64,000 bases of DNA from Candidatus Multivoradales bacterium (GCA_965223325.1 CBDCWI010000002.1:2720001-2784000); one strand, 5' to 3'; shown: positions 50,501-60,001, counted from the stretch's first letter. The notes: a model not told the origin generated them from the sequence alone. Program-made: numbers and translations.

Positions 50501-50518
50501 GAGGCAGCCGCAGACTAG
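47516..50518 (+). CDS. Membrane-anchored sulfatase-like hydrolase/transferase (alkaline phosphatase superfamily)
   Basis: About five N-terminal TM segments; IVLVVLDE, PHVPW, IVTADHG, VPLFIK.PG and DI..T..D.LG motifs; long C-terminal extension. Confidence 0.8.
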   Translation: MTNDEKERAASTGYRDPRAREGGLALAGLLGLSVLQPLFGLLAKNPGFLTAHQLLEGRLIGFALFIGLGVPALLGAAYLTLRRLPPRLLLAHGVAAVLFGVMGAAFALQIIKRTSLDPSLTVGLAMLLGLAAAVGFWRIAELRQFAGLLALGLLVYPLVFLLNKDIKPLLRAAPAQDADLEDTLSPEVPKVPIVLVVLDELPVNTLMTVDEEIDTKRFPGFARLARSSTWYRRATAAAESTAKAIPGIVTGNLPRLDSEPVLAEYPDNLFRWLGANGYELVVTQNHTLLCPRRMCEKNRTSAPAPAGSLFSDLAVLYGYVLAPAAWVDRLPAVDQTWSGFRSARTRAASDTGPPAHSVPKTFERFLAQISTETRQSLYYLHLGVPHVPWKYLPSGREYGPLGKPVTPLGFSPPRWGSDEWVTTVAWQRHVLQTQYTDRLLSRLLDDLEARGLWSEALLIVTADHGTSFRPNLGRRVIEQPPGAGKPKNPRHIVYENLEDILEVPLFIKRPGQDAGAVSDYPSSTLDIVATVADVLGVEVPWPTGGTALSAEQPWGERTRYYHTGTGGLGTLEITTDNERRRAALERKERLLGSGDDSLFEISPHKNLLGAPVAPLVQGEAIPGLGYELADAWLYDNIDLDAHFLPAHVFATLTGPEDTLLEVQDQWFAVALGGVVRAVTRPILSARALRLSALLPEAVWKAGSNEVSIYQLVGGNALRPLSSEGPQQPVQLVVLGDTVQALEVAPGNRVPVDRNSVTGLIRLLDDRIDGSATRPTDGRAYDELFLFRGPELLYRGVAHRQQGPDGDQVGNFRLEMSTELLAERSNLRVFARVGDVASELRRFGEGPAKFSLLPARAGRNDRDRVQLELPDHTIIPTAPRRIVGNVDRIAVEEEVLVFEGWALYRTGDEPPREFRPSGLALLVNEVGYTGDYQSRSSPTAERAEAFRIELPLDRLDREGFWIRLFAVTHDGQAGELKHHGRRLTLVAREAVGWGEPEAAAD

Positions 50519-50532
50519 CGACCGTGAAGCAG

Positions 50533-52233
50533 CTAGGAAGCGTAGGGAAAGAAGTCGATGATCTCGCCGCGCCGGTTGCGGTCCTGAATGTCGTTCCACA
50601 TCTCAGAGGTCAACAAGTCGGCGTGGTGTTCCAGAAAGGCTTCGCGCAATGGGTCGTCAAGCCCCAGGAAGCGCTCGAACTCCTCCGGAAAAACGTCACC
50701 GGGCCTGACGCTGAACCATGGTTGGTCATCGAGCTCCTGATCGACGTGCTCTGCCTCGGGGATCTTGCGGAACTTGCACTCGGCCAGCGAGCGCACCTCG
50801 TCATAGTCGTAGAAGACCACCCGGCCATGGCGGGTGACCCCGAAGTTCTTGAGCAGCATGTCGCCGGGGAATAGATCCGCCGCTGCAAGCTCCTTGATGG
50901 CGTGACCCCAGTCGACCACTGCCTCACGTTGAAGCTCCGGTGACTTCTGACGCAGGTAGAGATCGAGGGGAGTCACTCGTCGACCCACGAAGAGGTGGCG
51001 TATGAGTACATCGTCACCGCGCAACTCGGCGCTCTCCCCGCACTCTTCGAGCAGCTCGGTGAGCACTTGATCCGAGAAGCGCGCCCGTGGGAACTCGAGG
51101 TACTCGAACTCCTGAAAGTCCACCAACCTGCCAACGCGGTCGTGCAGCAGCACCTGACGGTAGCGATCCAGAACCTCGCGACGCGTCACACTCTTGGTAC
51201 TCGGGAACCGGTCACGAATCACTTTGAAGACGAACTCGAACGACGGCAGAGTAAAGACGGCCATCACCAGGCCGCGTTGTCCAGGAGCAGAAACGAACTG
51301 CTCGACACTGCCCGAAATGCGCTGCACGAGATCACCGTAGAACTCGCTCTTGCCGTGCTTGTTGTACCCCAGCGAAATGTAGAGCTCAGCGATGCGCTTG
51401 CGCGGCATGAGCGAATGCAGGAAACCGATCACGTGGCGCGGACTATCGGTGACCGCATGGAAGTACCAGCTCGCAAAGCTGAAGAGAATGCTCGTCTGGT
51501 TCGTGTCGGTGACGGTGGCGTCGAGCTCGAGGCCCTCGGTCGTGTGCAAGAGAGCCAGCACCACGGGGAAGACCGTCTCGCCGTTCTTGCGAACCCGGCC
51601 AATGATGTAGGCCGCCTTGTTGCGAATGAATACCGGTTCGAGAAAGTCGAGAGCATCGAAGCCCGCCATCTCGCGGCGCGAGAGCGCCTCTTCGACGGCC
51701 CGGGCGGCCCTGCCGGCCGCTCCATCGAGATCGCGGAACCGGGCGCGCAGGCCTGCGTCGAGAAGAACCCGGCGAAAGACGGCGGCTGACGGTCGGTGCA
51801 CCGCGTACATGCGGCCATTCGACATTTCCCAGCCTTTGAAAGGAAGCGGAAAGTCGCGCGACAGGTAGTCGATGCCGGGGTCGATGCCGGCGTGGGCGAA
51901 CACACGCCTGGTGAGCGAATTGTGGAAGGTCTGGGCCAACTCGAAATCGTCCCGACCGAGAACCGCCAGCGAGTAGGCCTCCTTTAGTCCAACCCAGACT
52001 TCTCGATCGTCGATCCCATCACCGATCTCATCGCGCAGCTCGCCCAGGGTCTCGCCCACCGAGCGACGGTGCAGCGTCAGGCGCCTGACGGTGTCGCGGC
52101 GGATGCCCTCCCAATCTCTCTCTTCGAAACGCTCGACGACACGCCGCGTGATGGAGCGATAGGTGTCGTGAAACTCCTCGAAACCGCGCAGGACGATGTC
52201 TGCACCGCGCTCCGCCTCAGTGCGCACCGGCAC
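50533..52233 (-). CDS. aceK: Isocitrate dehydrogenase kinase/phosphatase
   Basis: AQTFHNS, F.RNKAAY..GR, SILFSF, ELY.SLG..KHGK, APG.RGLVM.VF, HDRVGR, FPGDMLLKNFGVTRHGRVVFYDYDE and DVFPEEF motifs. Confidence 0.95.
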   Translation of the reverse strand: MPVRTEAERGADIVLRGFEEFHDTYRSITRRVVERFEERDWEGIRRDTVRRLTLHRRSVGETLGELRDEIGDGIDDREVWVGLKEAYSLAVLGRDDFELAQTFHNSLTRRVFAHAGIDPGIDYLSRDFPLPFKGWEMSNGRMYAVHRPSAAVFRRVLLDAGLRARFRDLDGAAGRAARAVEEALSRREMAGFDALDFLEPVFIRNKAAYIIGRVRKNGETVFPVVLALLHTTEGLELDATVTDTNQTSILFSFASWYFHAVTDSPRHVIGFLHSLMPRKRIAELYISLGYNKHGKSEFYGDLVQRISGSVEQFVSAPGQRGLVMAVFTLPSFEFVFKVIRDRFPSTKSVTRREVLDRYRQVLLHDRVGRLVDFQEFEYLEFPRARFSDQVLTELLEECGESAELRGDDVLIRHLFVGRRVTPLDLYLRQKSPELQREAVVDWGHAIKELAAADLFPGDMLLKNFGVTRHGRVVFYDYDEVRSLAECKFRKIPEAEHVDQELDDQPWFSVRPGDVFPEEFERFLGLDDPLREAFLEHHADLLTSEMWNDIQDRNRRGEIIDFFPYAS

Positions 52234-53578
52234 GCAACTGCGTCAGAACGTCTGGAAGGGCGCTTCCCAGCCAGTCTCGCAAAGGTGTCCGCTCGGTCAT
52301 CAGCGTCTCCTCGCGCTTGGGGCCGGTTGACAGCAAACCGACTTCGGCACCGACCTGCTGTTCGAGGAAATCGATATAGCCTCGCGCCGCAGTCGGTAGG
52401 TCCTTTTCGTCGACGGTGCCGGTCGTGTCTTGTTTCCAGCCCGAGAGGGTCTGGGTCACTGGCGTCACCGCCTCGAGGAGTCGGGTGTCAGCCGGCATCT
52501 CGCTGACAATCTCGCCGTCGATCATGTAGTCGGTGCACACTTCGATTTCGTCGAGCTCATCGAGCACATCGAGTTTGGTGAGCGCGATCGAGCTGACGCC
52601 TGACACCCGGCGGGCGTAGCGCGCGACCACCAGATCGAGCCAACCGCAACGCCTTGGCCGGCCGGTCGTCGTGCCGAACTCGTGGCCGCGCGCGCGCAAG
52701 TGGTCACCCACGCCGTCGTGCAGTTCGGTCGGCATCGGGCCTTCACCGACGCGAGTCGTGTAGGCCTTGAGAATGCCGATCACGCCATCGATTGCAGTTG
52801 GCGGCACGCCGGTCCCGATCGTCGCGCCTCCCGACGTCGAGTTCGAGCTGGTGACGTACGGGAAGGTACCGTGGTCGACGTCGAGCAACGTCCCCTGCGC
52901 CCCTTCGAAGAGAATGCTCTTACCGGCCGAGCGAGCCCGATCGAGCTCGAGCGAAACGTCACACAGGTAGGGCGTCAAGCGCTCGCGGTACTCCTCGCAA
53001 CGTTTGAGTGTCTCGCCGAGCAGGCCGTCGGCAGTCACCCCCATGCCGCGCAGCTCTGATTCGATCTTGCCGATCTGCGCGGTGAGGCGGCGCTCGAGGT
53101 CGGGAGCACCGAGATCGCACATGCGTAGGCCGAACCGAGAGGCCTTGTTCTCGTAGGCCGGGCCGATCCCACGCGAGGTGGTTCCGATCTTGTCGTCGCC
53201 GGCGGACTCTTCGCGGGCGTGATCGAGCACCGTATGGGCGTGAATGAGAACGTGCGCGCGATCGCTGATGAACAGTCGCCCGGTCAACTCGACGCCTGCT
53301 TCCTCGAGCTGGCCGACCTCTTTGAGAAACGCCTCAGGCGAGATGACCATGCCGTTGCCGAGGTAGGCGACCGTCTCCTCGTGCAACACGCCGGAGGGCA
53401 CGAGGTGGAGGGCGAAGTGCTGATCGACGGAGTTCTTGTCGCGAAACTTGACGGTGTGCCCAGCGTTGTGGCCACCTTGGAACCTGGCGACGACGGGAAA
53501 CGCGGGACTCAGCAGGTCGACGATCTTGCCCTTTCCCTCATCGCCCCACTGCATGCCGATGATGATGACGTTGGACAC
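52217..53578 (-). CDS. purA: Adenylosuccinate synthetase
   Basis: GMQWGDEGKGK, RFQGGHNAGHT, IGTTSRGIGP, FEGAQG, TRVGEGP, EFGTTTGRPRRCGW and TKLDVL motifs. Confidence 0.97.
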   Translation of the reverse strand: MSNVIIIGMQWGDEGKGKIVDLLSPAFPVVARFQGGHNAGHTVKFRDKNSVDQHFALHLVPSGVLHEETVAYLGNGMVISPEAFLKEVGQLEEAGVELTGRLFISDRAHVLIHAHTVLDHAREESAGDDKIGTTSRGIGPAYENKASRFGLRMCDLGAPDLERRLTAQIGKIESELRGMGVTADGLLGETLKRCEEYRERLTPYLCDVSLELDRARSAGKSILFEGAQGTLLDVDHGTFPYVTSSNSTSGGATIGTGVPPTAIDGVIGILKAYTTRVGEGPMPTELHDGVGDHLRARGHEFGTTTGRPRRCGWLDLVVARYARRVSGVSSIALTKLDVLDELDEIEVCTDYMIDGEIVSEMPADTRLLEAVTPVTQTLSGWKQDTTGTVDEKDLPTAARGYIDFLEQQVGAEVGLLSTGPKREETLMTERTPLRDWLGSALPDVLTQLRAGAH

Positions 53579-53726
53579 TAGCGAGTCCCCCGGGGTGCGC
53601 GACAGAAGTGCCGTTCTAACGTGATGCAAACCTGGCTCATGGAATGACTTTCGGGAATCAATACCGGATGTGGCTCGAGGGCCAACGGCGATGGTACCGG
53701 TTCTGGCAGCCTTTGAGCGTCAACCG

Positions 53727-55352
53727 TCAGAGCGCTCGCACGCGCTCGCGCAGGACGAACTTGCGGACCTTGCCAGTCGAGGTCTTGGGGAGCTCACCAA
53801 AGACCACGTAGCGCGGGCACTTGAAGCCAGCCATGCGCTCGCGGCAGAAGCCGATGATCTCCTCTTCGCTGGCGGTCTCTCCGGCCTGGAGCTCGACGAA
53901 GGCACAGGGCGTCTCGCCCCATTTCTCGTCCGGGCGCGCCACCACCGCCGCCGCCGCGATCGCCGGGTGCGCGTACAGGGTGTCTTCGACCTCGATCGAG
54001 GAGATGTTCTCGCCCCCCGAGATGATGATGTCTTTGGAGCGATCACGGAGCTGGATGTAGTTGTCTTCGTGCCAGACGCCGAGATCGCCCGAGTGAAACC
54101 AGCCGCCCGCGAAGGCTTCCGCGGTCGCGGTGTCGTTCTTGAGATACCCCTTCATGACGATGTTGCCACGGAACATGACCTCGCCCATCGCTTGGCCGTT
54201 TCTCTCGACGGCGTCGAGAGAGTCGGCGTCGGCCACCATCAGTCCGTCGAGCGGCACGTAGGGGACGCCCTGGCGGGCTTTCAGTGCCGCCTGTTCGTCG
54301 GTGCTCTTGTCGCTCCATTCGTCTTTCCAGGCGCAGACAACCGCTGGACCGTAGGTCTCGGTAAGGCCGTAGACGTGAGTCACTTCGAAGCCTGCCCGTG
54401 CCATCGCCGCGAGCACCGGCGCCGGTGGCGGCGCAGCAGCCGTCATCATGCGAACCTGATGGGAGATCTCGCGCCGCTCGTCCTCCGCCGCGCCTAGAAG
54501 CAGTTGCATGATGATCGGTGCCCCGCACAGATGGGTGACCCGGTGATCGGCCAGAGCAGCCCAGATCGGGCCTGCCTCGACCCGACGCAGGCAAACGTTG
54601 GTGCCAGCGACCGCGGCCATGGTCCAGGGGAAGCACCAGCCGTTGCAATGGAACATCGGCAACGTCCAGAGATAGGTCGGGTGACGCGGCATTTCCCAGG
54701 TCAGGACATTGCCCATGGCGTTCAAGTAGGCGCCGCGGTGGTGATAGACCACTCCCTTGGGGTTACCGGTTGTTCCCGAGGTGTAGTTGAGCGCGATCGC
54801 TCGCCACTCGTCGTCGGGCAACGACCATTCGAACTCTGGGTCACCGCCTGCAATCCACTCTTCGTATTCGAGCTCTGACAGGCGCTCTCCGCGACGCTCT
54901 CCAGCCTCCGGGTCGTCGTAGTCGACGACAAGGATCTCCTGTTCGATGCCGTCCAGGGCCTCCTTGATCACCTCACTGAACTCGGTGTCGGTAACCAAGA
55001 CCTTGGCCTCGCCGTGCTCGAGAATGAAGCGTAGTGCCGCAGCGTCGAGGCGGTAGTTGAGTGCGTTGAGAACGGCGCCAGTCATCGGCACGCCGAAGTG
55101 CGCATCGACCATCGGTGGCACATTGGGCAGCATCACCGCCACCGTGTCGGAGGTACCCACCCCGGCGCGCGCTAGAACACTCGCCAGACGGCGGGCTCGA
55201 GAATGGGTCTCGGCCCAGGTATGGCGGTTCGGGCCATGAATGACCGCGGTCTGCTCCGGATGCACCATCGCCGCGCGCCGCACGAAGGAAAGCGGCGAGA
55301 GAGCGGTGTGGTTGGCGGGACAGCGCGGCAGTTCTTCGTAGGCAGTCGGCAC
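53727..55352 (-). CDS. Acyl-CoA synthetase (AMP-forming; DmdB/AAE-like)
   Basis: LSPLSF, YTSGTTGNPKG, LPMFHCNGWCFPW, YGLTETYGP, GWFHSGD, DRSKDIIISGGENISS and LPKTSTGK motifs. Confidence 0.93.
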   Translation of the reverse strand: MPTAYEELPRCPANHTALSPLSFVRRAAMVHPEQTAVIHGPNRHTWAETHSRARRLASVLARAGVGTSDTVAVMLPNVPPMVDAHFGVPMTGAVLNALNYRLDAAALRFILEHGEAKVLVTDTEFSEVIKEALDGIEQEILVVDYDDPEAGERRGERLSELEYEEWIAGGDPEFEWSLPDDEWRAIALNYTSGTTGNPKGVVYHHRGAYLNAMGNVLTWEMPRHPTYLWTLPMFHCNGWCFPWTMAAVAGTNVCLRRVEAGPIWAALADHRVTHLCGAPIIMQLLLGAAEDERREISHQVRMMTAAAPPPAPVLAAMARAGFEVTHVYGLTETYGPAVVCAWKDEWSDKSTDEQAALKARQGVPYVPLDGLMVADADSLDAVERNGQAMGEVMFRGNIVMKGYLKNDTATAEAFAGGWFHSGDLGVWHEDNYIQLRDRSKDIIISGGENISSIEVEDTLYAHPAIAAAAVVARPDEKWGETPCAFVELQAGETASEEEIIGFCRERMAGFKCPRYVVFGELPKTSTGKVRKFVLRERVRAL

Positions 55353-55395
55353 GTCGAGTCTCCAGATCAATGGCTGAGGAGACACCAGCGTACCG

Positions 55396-55860
55396 TTAGC
55401 TCGCCGACCCCGAAACCAGGTTCTTGCGAACCTCTAGAAGAGCCTTCTCGAGCGTGCTCGCCGCCCGTCTCACCTGCTTTCGCTCACGCTCATCCAATGC
55501 TTCGACGACCGCCGCCAGGTTCTCGATACGAGCACGGCGCGCCGCCTCGAGTAGCCGACGGCCGCGCGCGGTCGCTTGAACTCGACGAACCCGCCGGTCT
55601 TCCCTGGCGATCTCGACCTTGACCAGGCCGTCGCGTTCCATCGCCTGCACCATGCGGGTCATGGTGGGTGGCTTGACCTGCTCCAGCTCCGCCAGGGTCC
55701 CTAGGCGCTCGGGGCCACCGAACACCAAAACTGAAAGGACAGACAGACGCGCCGCGCTGAGCCCAAACGAACGGTCTTCTCGGCGCGCCAGCCGCAAGAG
55801 ATGGATCGCAACGGAGTGGAGCGCGGAAGCTGTCTCATCTCGTCCTCTACCTTCTGGCAT
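55396..55860 (-). CDS. MarR family transcriptional regulator
   Basis: LS.ARLSVL, LAELEQVKPPTMTRMV and EDRR......T.RG motifs. Confidence 0.9.
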   Translation of the reverse strand: MPEGRGRDETASALHSVAIHLLRLARREDRSFGLSAARLSVLSVLVFGGPERLGTLAELEQVKPPTMTRMVQAMERDGLVKVEIAREDRRVRRVQATARGRRLLEAARRARIENLAAVVEALDERERKQVRRAASTLEKALLEVRKNLVSGSAS

Positions 55861-55866
55861 GCGATG

Positions 55867-55889
55867 AATATACTTAGCTTTGCTAACTA
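55867..55889. promoter_or_regulatory. Putative MarR operator and -10 box for a leaderless marR transcript
   Basis: TTAGC-ttt-GCTAA palindrome at 55874-55886. TATATT on the minus strand (55872-55867) lies 6 nt before the marR ATG. Confidence 0.6.
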
Positions 55890-55921
55890 CTTCCAGTGAC
55901 CACCGAAGTGAGAAACGAACG

Positions 55922-56575
55922 ATGACTACGAACGACCTTCAGGCAGCGATCGAGACCGGTGACCAGGCGGCGGTTGTCGAATTGCTCACCGCCGACGCCA
56001 GCATCGCCCACCAGAAGACCGAAACCGGAATCTCCTGGGTCCTCCAGGCGATGTACTACCGGCAGCCGGCGATCGCGAAACAGATCGCAGCCGCGAAAGG
56101 GCAGCTCGACATTCACGAGGCAGCGGCCACCGGCGATGTCAAGCGCTCACAGAACCTACTCGACGAACACAACGATGCCCTCGAGGCCATCGCGCCCGAC
56201 GGTTTTCGCCCACTTCATCTTGCGGCCTTCTTTGCGCACGAGAACGTGGTCGCTCTTCTCATCGAGCGTGGCGCCGAAGTGGCGACCGCGGCCAGCAACC
56301 CCACGAGTGTCCACCCTCTGCACTCCGCCGCTGCGGCCCACTCCGTTCCGATCTGTGAGCGACTCCTAAGAGCCGGTGCGCAGGTTGACGCCCGCCAGCA
56401 GGCGGGCTACACCGCTCTCATGGCAGCAGCGATGGGCGGTAACCAGGAGCTGGTCGATCTGCTGCTCGCTCACGGTGCGGACCCAAGTCTCGAATCAGAG
56501 GCAGGGCAATCCGCCGCCGATCTGGCTCGCGAACAGGACCACAAGGTCCTCGCTCAGCAACTCGAGACGCGCTAG
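55922..56575 (+). CDS. Ankyrin repeat protein
   Basis: GFRPLHLAA, HPLHSAA and GYTALMAAA repeats, each followed by LL..GA. Confidence 0.9.
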   Translation: MTTNDLQAAIETGDQAAVVELLTADASIAHQKTETGISWVLQAMYYRQPAIAKQIAAAKGQLDIHEAAATGDVKRSQNLLDEHNDALEAIAPDGFRPLHLAAFFAHENVVALLIERGAEVATAASNPTSVHPLHSAAAAHSVPICERLLRAGAQVDARQQAGYTALMAAAMGGNQELVDLLLAHGADPSLESEAGQSAADLAREQDHKVLAQQLETR

Positions 56576-56763
56576 GCGCTAGACCCAGAGGGGCTCCAGG
56601 CTCCGCAGCGGGCAGCTAGACTCGGCCTTCTTGCCGCCATCGAGGGGTGGCTGTTCTGACGGAATCACCCGAAGGGTCGTGTTGGCGAATGAGAGTCGAG
56701 CTTCCAGTGTCTTGCCCGGAGGGCGGGCGAACTCGAGGTCCGGGAAGTCCCGCTGAACTGCGG

Positions 56764-58230
56764 GTGACGCCCGTACTCCTCCCCGGCTTGCTGCTGCTCA
56801 TTCTTCCAGCTCTCCTCGGAGCCCAGGCTCTCCTCGCTGGAGAGAACAGTCCATCAGCCGGCAACGCACAGCTGCAACGTATGCAGTCTGCGGCCAGAGA
56901 GCACCTGAGCGAGTACCTGCGGCTCGACACCACCAACCCACCGGGCAACGAGGTGTTGGCGACCGCCTTCTTCGGCGCCATCTTCGACCACCACGGCATC
57001 GACTACCAGGTCTTCGAGCCTGAACCTGGACGCGCTTCGATTGTGGCGCGCATCGACGGCGGAGGCGAGCCTGGCCTGCTCCTCCTCCATCACACCGACG
57101 TGGTGCCGGCCGACGCGAACTACTGGCAGGTAGCACCTTTCTCGGGCACCACCCAGGACGGCTACATCTGGGGCCGCGGAGCTCTCGACACTAAGGGCCT
57201 CGGCATTCTGCAGCTCGAGGTCTTTCTGGAGCTCTATGAGAAGGCCAAGGCTGATCCAGGTGCTCTCAACCGCGACGTCGTGTGGATGGCGACTGCCGAC
57301 GAAGAAGCGGGGGGGCAGCTCGGTGTCGGCTGGCTGGTCGAGCACCAGCCGGAGGTCTTCGACGGGCTCGGACTGGTCCTCAACGAAGGCGGCGGCGGAA
57401 TGTTGATTGGCGATCGCCCGGTCTTCTCGATCGAGGTGACGCAGAAGGTCCCGCTGTGGCTTCGCTTGACCGCCCGCGGATCGCCTGGACACGGTTCGTC
57501 GCCGCGCTCAGACAGTGCACCGCGCCGTCTGGTGCGCGCCCTCGCGCGACTCGAGCGTCATTCATTCGAAGCCCGGGTGGTGCCGGAGGTGGCGCGCTAC
57601 TTCAACGGACTCGCGGCGATCGAGGATCAACACGAGGCAGCGTTTTTTGACCTCGAGAACGCTGTCCGCGACCGAGCCTTCCTCCGTCGCCTGCAGGCCG
57701 ACAACCCGCAGCTGCACGCTCTGCTCCAGAACACCTGCGCTCTGACCTCACTCGAGGGGTCTCCCAAGATCAACGTCGTACCCACCGAGGCGATCGCCGA
57801 GCTCGACTGCCGTTTGCTACCTGACGAGAACCCAGCGCTCTTCGTCCGCGAGCTTCGCCGTGTCCTGGGTGAGCCGGCGATCGAGGTCGAGGTGCTGATG
57901 AGCTTCTCACCCACCGTTTCAACGACAGACAGCGAATTGTTTCGAGTCATCGAGCACGAGGCGCGGAAGCGTTTCCCTGATGCCCTGGTCCTGCCCTCGG
58001 TGGTCGCGGGGTTTACCGATTCCCACTTCCTGCGCGATCTCGGGATGGTTGCCTACGGCTTCAGGCCCTCACTACTGCCCGTCTCCGAGGCCTCCAGTGT
58101 GCACGGAAACGACGAGCGGATCGCGCTTTCCGACCTCGATATGGGAGTTGAGATGCTGTGGTCCATCGTGACCCGCCTGGCCGTTACGCCCCCACGCGGC
58201 GGGCTCTCGACCGGCCAGGGCCTCCCTTAG
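56764..58230 (+). CDS. M20/M25/M40 family metallopeptidase, secreted
   Basis: TTNPPGNE, HHTDVVP, GRGALDTK, ADEE, NEGG, GFTDS and HGNDER motifs. Start uncertain (ORF runs from 56647). Confidence 0.9.
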   Translation: MTPVLLPGLLLLILPALLGAQALLAGENSPSAGNAQLQRMQSAAREHLSEYLRLDTTNPPGNEVLATAFFGAIFDHHGIDYQVFEPEPGRASIVARIDGGGEPGLLLLHHTDVVPADANYWQVAPFSGTTQDGYIWGRGALDTKGLGILQLEVFLELYEKAKADPGALNRDVVWMATADEEAGGQLGVGWLVEHQPEVFDGLGLVLNEGGGGMLIGDRPVFSIEVTQKVPLWLRLTARGSPGHGSSPRSDSAPRRLVRALARLERHSFEARVVPEVARYFNGLAAIEDQHEAAFFDLENAVRDRAFLRRLQADNPQLHALLQNTCALTSLEGSPKINVVPTEAIAELDCRLLPDENPALFVRELRRVLGEPAIEVEVLMSFSPTVSTTDSELFRVIEHEARKRFPDALVLPSVVAGFTDSHFLRDLGMVAYGFRPSLLPVSEASSVHGNDERIALSDLDMGVEMLWSIVTRLAVTPPRGGLSTGQGLP

Positions 58231-58363
58231 CAGCCCCGGGTTCCGCCCTTCTGACCGTCCCCGAGGCCCTCGCCACTGTAACGCCGCGGAACCTTCGAGG
58301 TCTCTTTGACGTAGTTCAGGAAATAGACCCGCATCGTGTGTGAAACCAGGAAGGAACCCCCGT

Positions 58364-60001
58364 ATGACAACGTCGCGCCGACCCCACACCCGCCTTCGCC
58401 GCGTCCGCCTCGCGGCTCCACTCTTCATGCTCGTCGCGCTCGTCGCTGGCTCTCTTCTCCAGGCCGAGTCCACCGGCGGTCCCGAGCCCAACGCCAACAA
58501 GAACATGGACCGGCCGACCTTCGTCCATGACGTCGCCCCGGTTCTGCATGAGAACTGTGCCCACTGTCATCAGCCCGGCGAGATCGCCCCGATGGCCCTG
58601 CGCTCCTACGACGAGGTCAGGCCATGGGCGAAGTCCATCGCCAAAGCGGTCAAGAACCGCGACATGCCTCCCTGGGACGCCGATCCCGGCTACGGCCCCT
58701 GGGCCAACGACATCAGCTTGTCCGATGAAGAGGTCGACATGATCGTGCGCTGGGTGGATCAGGGCGCGCCACGTGGCGAGGGCGCCGAACCTACGCCGGT
58801 AGTCGCCAGGCGAGAGAACGGCTGGCAACTCGGTGAACCAGACTGGGTGTTCGAGTTCGATCCGATGGAGATTCCCGCCGACGGTCCCGATCAGTTCAAG
58901 ATCGTGCCCATGGACACCGGCTGGAAGGAAGACAAGTGGATCTCGGGCGTCGAGGTGCTGGCCGGTGACCCTGAGGTCGTGCACCACTTCATTCTGTGGC
59001 GGGCCAACGAAGACAACAGCAACCAGGATGCCTGGCTCGCCGGCTGGGCAGCAGGCGCTGGGCCAACTCAAACACCAACCGGCACCGCTCGCCTTCTCCC
59101 CGCGGGCCGCAACCTGCTGGGTGACTTTCACTACCACCCGAAGGGTGAAGCGACCGTCGACAAGACCAGGATCGGCATTCACTTCGCCGATGCCAACGAG
59201 ATCAAGAAGGAGTTCACGAACCTCTGGGTGCTCAACGCCAACTTCAAGATCCCGGCCGGCGATCCCAACTATGAGGCGCGCGCCTCCTACGTCTTTCCGC
59301 AAGACGTCGAGCTGATGAGCCTGACGCCGCACATGCACTATCGCGGCAAGGACATGCGCTACATCGCGCACTTTCCCGATGGCACGAAGAAGGACCTCCT
59401 GTCAGTCAGTCAGTACGACTTCAACTGGCAAACCAACTACGACTTCGTCGACCCGATCAAAGCGCCCGCGGGGACCGAAATCGAGGTCATCGCCCACTGG
59501 GACAACTCAGCCGAGAACGCCGCCAACCCCGACCCCACCAAGGACATTGGTTGGGGTACCGAGTCGACCGACGAGATGCTCATCGGCTTCGTCGACTACG
59601 TCGTCAAGGACGGTGTTTCAGCAAAACCCATCAGCCTGGTGCTTGGCAAGCTGGCGGAACTCTCGAGGGCGTATCCCGGCCAGGTCTGGCGCATCGACCT
59701 GGACCGTGGCAACGGCGAAGAGCCCACCGCCGTCCACCTACCCAAGGACGGTAGCCAGGGCGGCTGGTACGTGCAGATGGGCAGCCTGGTTCTACCCGCC
59801 CCGATCAAGGATGTCGTCTGGGACGGGAACTCGATCACTGCGACCGCCCACATTCCCGGTCAGGAACCGACCCCAGTCTCAGCCACCGTTGATCCCGAGA
59901 GCGGCGAAATCGACCTCGAGATGATGGGCGGCACGATGAGAGGAGCACCGGCCGAGGCGGAAGCTGAGCGCACAGTCCAGGCGCAGCCAGTCGGCGACTG
60001 A
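58364..60001 (+). CDS. Secreted protein with a CxxCH domain fused to a copper type II ascorbate-dependent monooxygenase-like domain
   Basis: CAHCH and MPPW; VVHHF, FHYH, PHMHYRG, YDFNWQ, WDNS..N..NPDP and DEM motifs. Confidence 0.82.
   Translation: MTTSRRPHTRLRRVRLAAPLFMLVALVAGSLLQAESTGGPEPNANKNMDRPTFVHDVAPVLHENCAHCHQPGEIAPMALRSYDEVRPWAKSIAKAVKNRDMPPWDADPGYGPWANDISLSDEEVDMIVRWVDQGAPRGEGAEPTPVVARRENGWQLGEPDWVFEFDPMEIPADGPDQFKIVPMDTGWKEDKWISGVEVLAGDPEVVHHFILWRANEDNSNQDAWLAGWAAGAGPTQTPTGTARLLPAGRNLLGDFHYHPKGEATVDKTRIGIHFADANEIKKEFTNLWVLNANFKIPAGDPNYEARASYVFPQDVELMSLTPHMHYRGKDMRYIAHFPDGTKKDLLSVSQYDFNWQTNYDFVDPIKAPAGTEIEVIAHWDNSAENAANPDPTKDIGWGTESTDEMLIGFVDYVVKDGVSAKPISLVLGKLAELSRAYPGQVWRIDLDRGNGEEPTAVHLPKDGSQGGWYVQMGSLVLPAPIKDVVWDGNSITATAHIPGQEPTPVSATVDPESGEIDLEMMGGTMRGAPAEAEAERTVQAQPVGD

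Noticed and set aside
49592-50599. Long antisense ORFs (e.g. 49592-50599, 43498-44454, 58316-59371, 24131-25171)
   Set aside because: They are shadow ORFs of well-supported genes on the opposite strand, as expected at high GC content.
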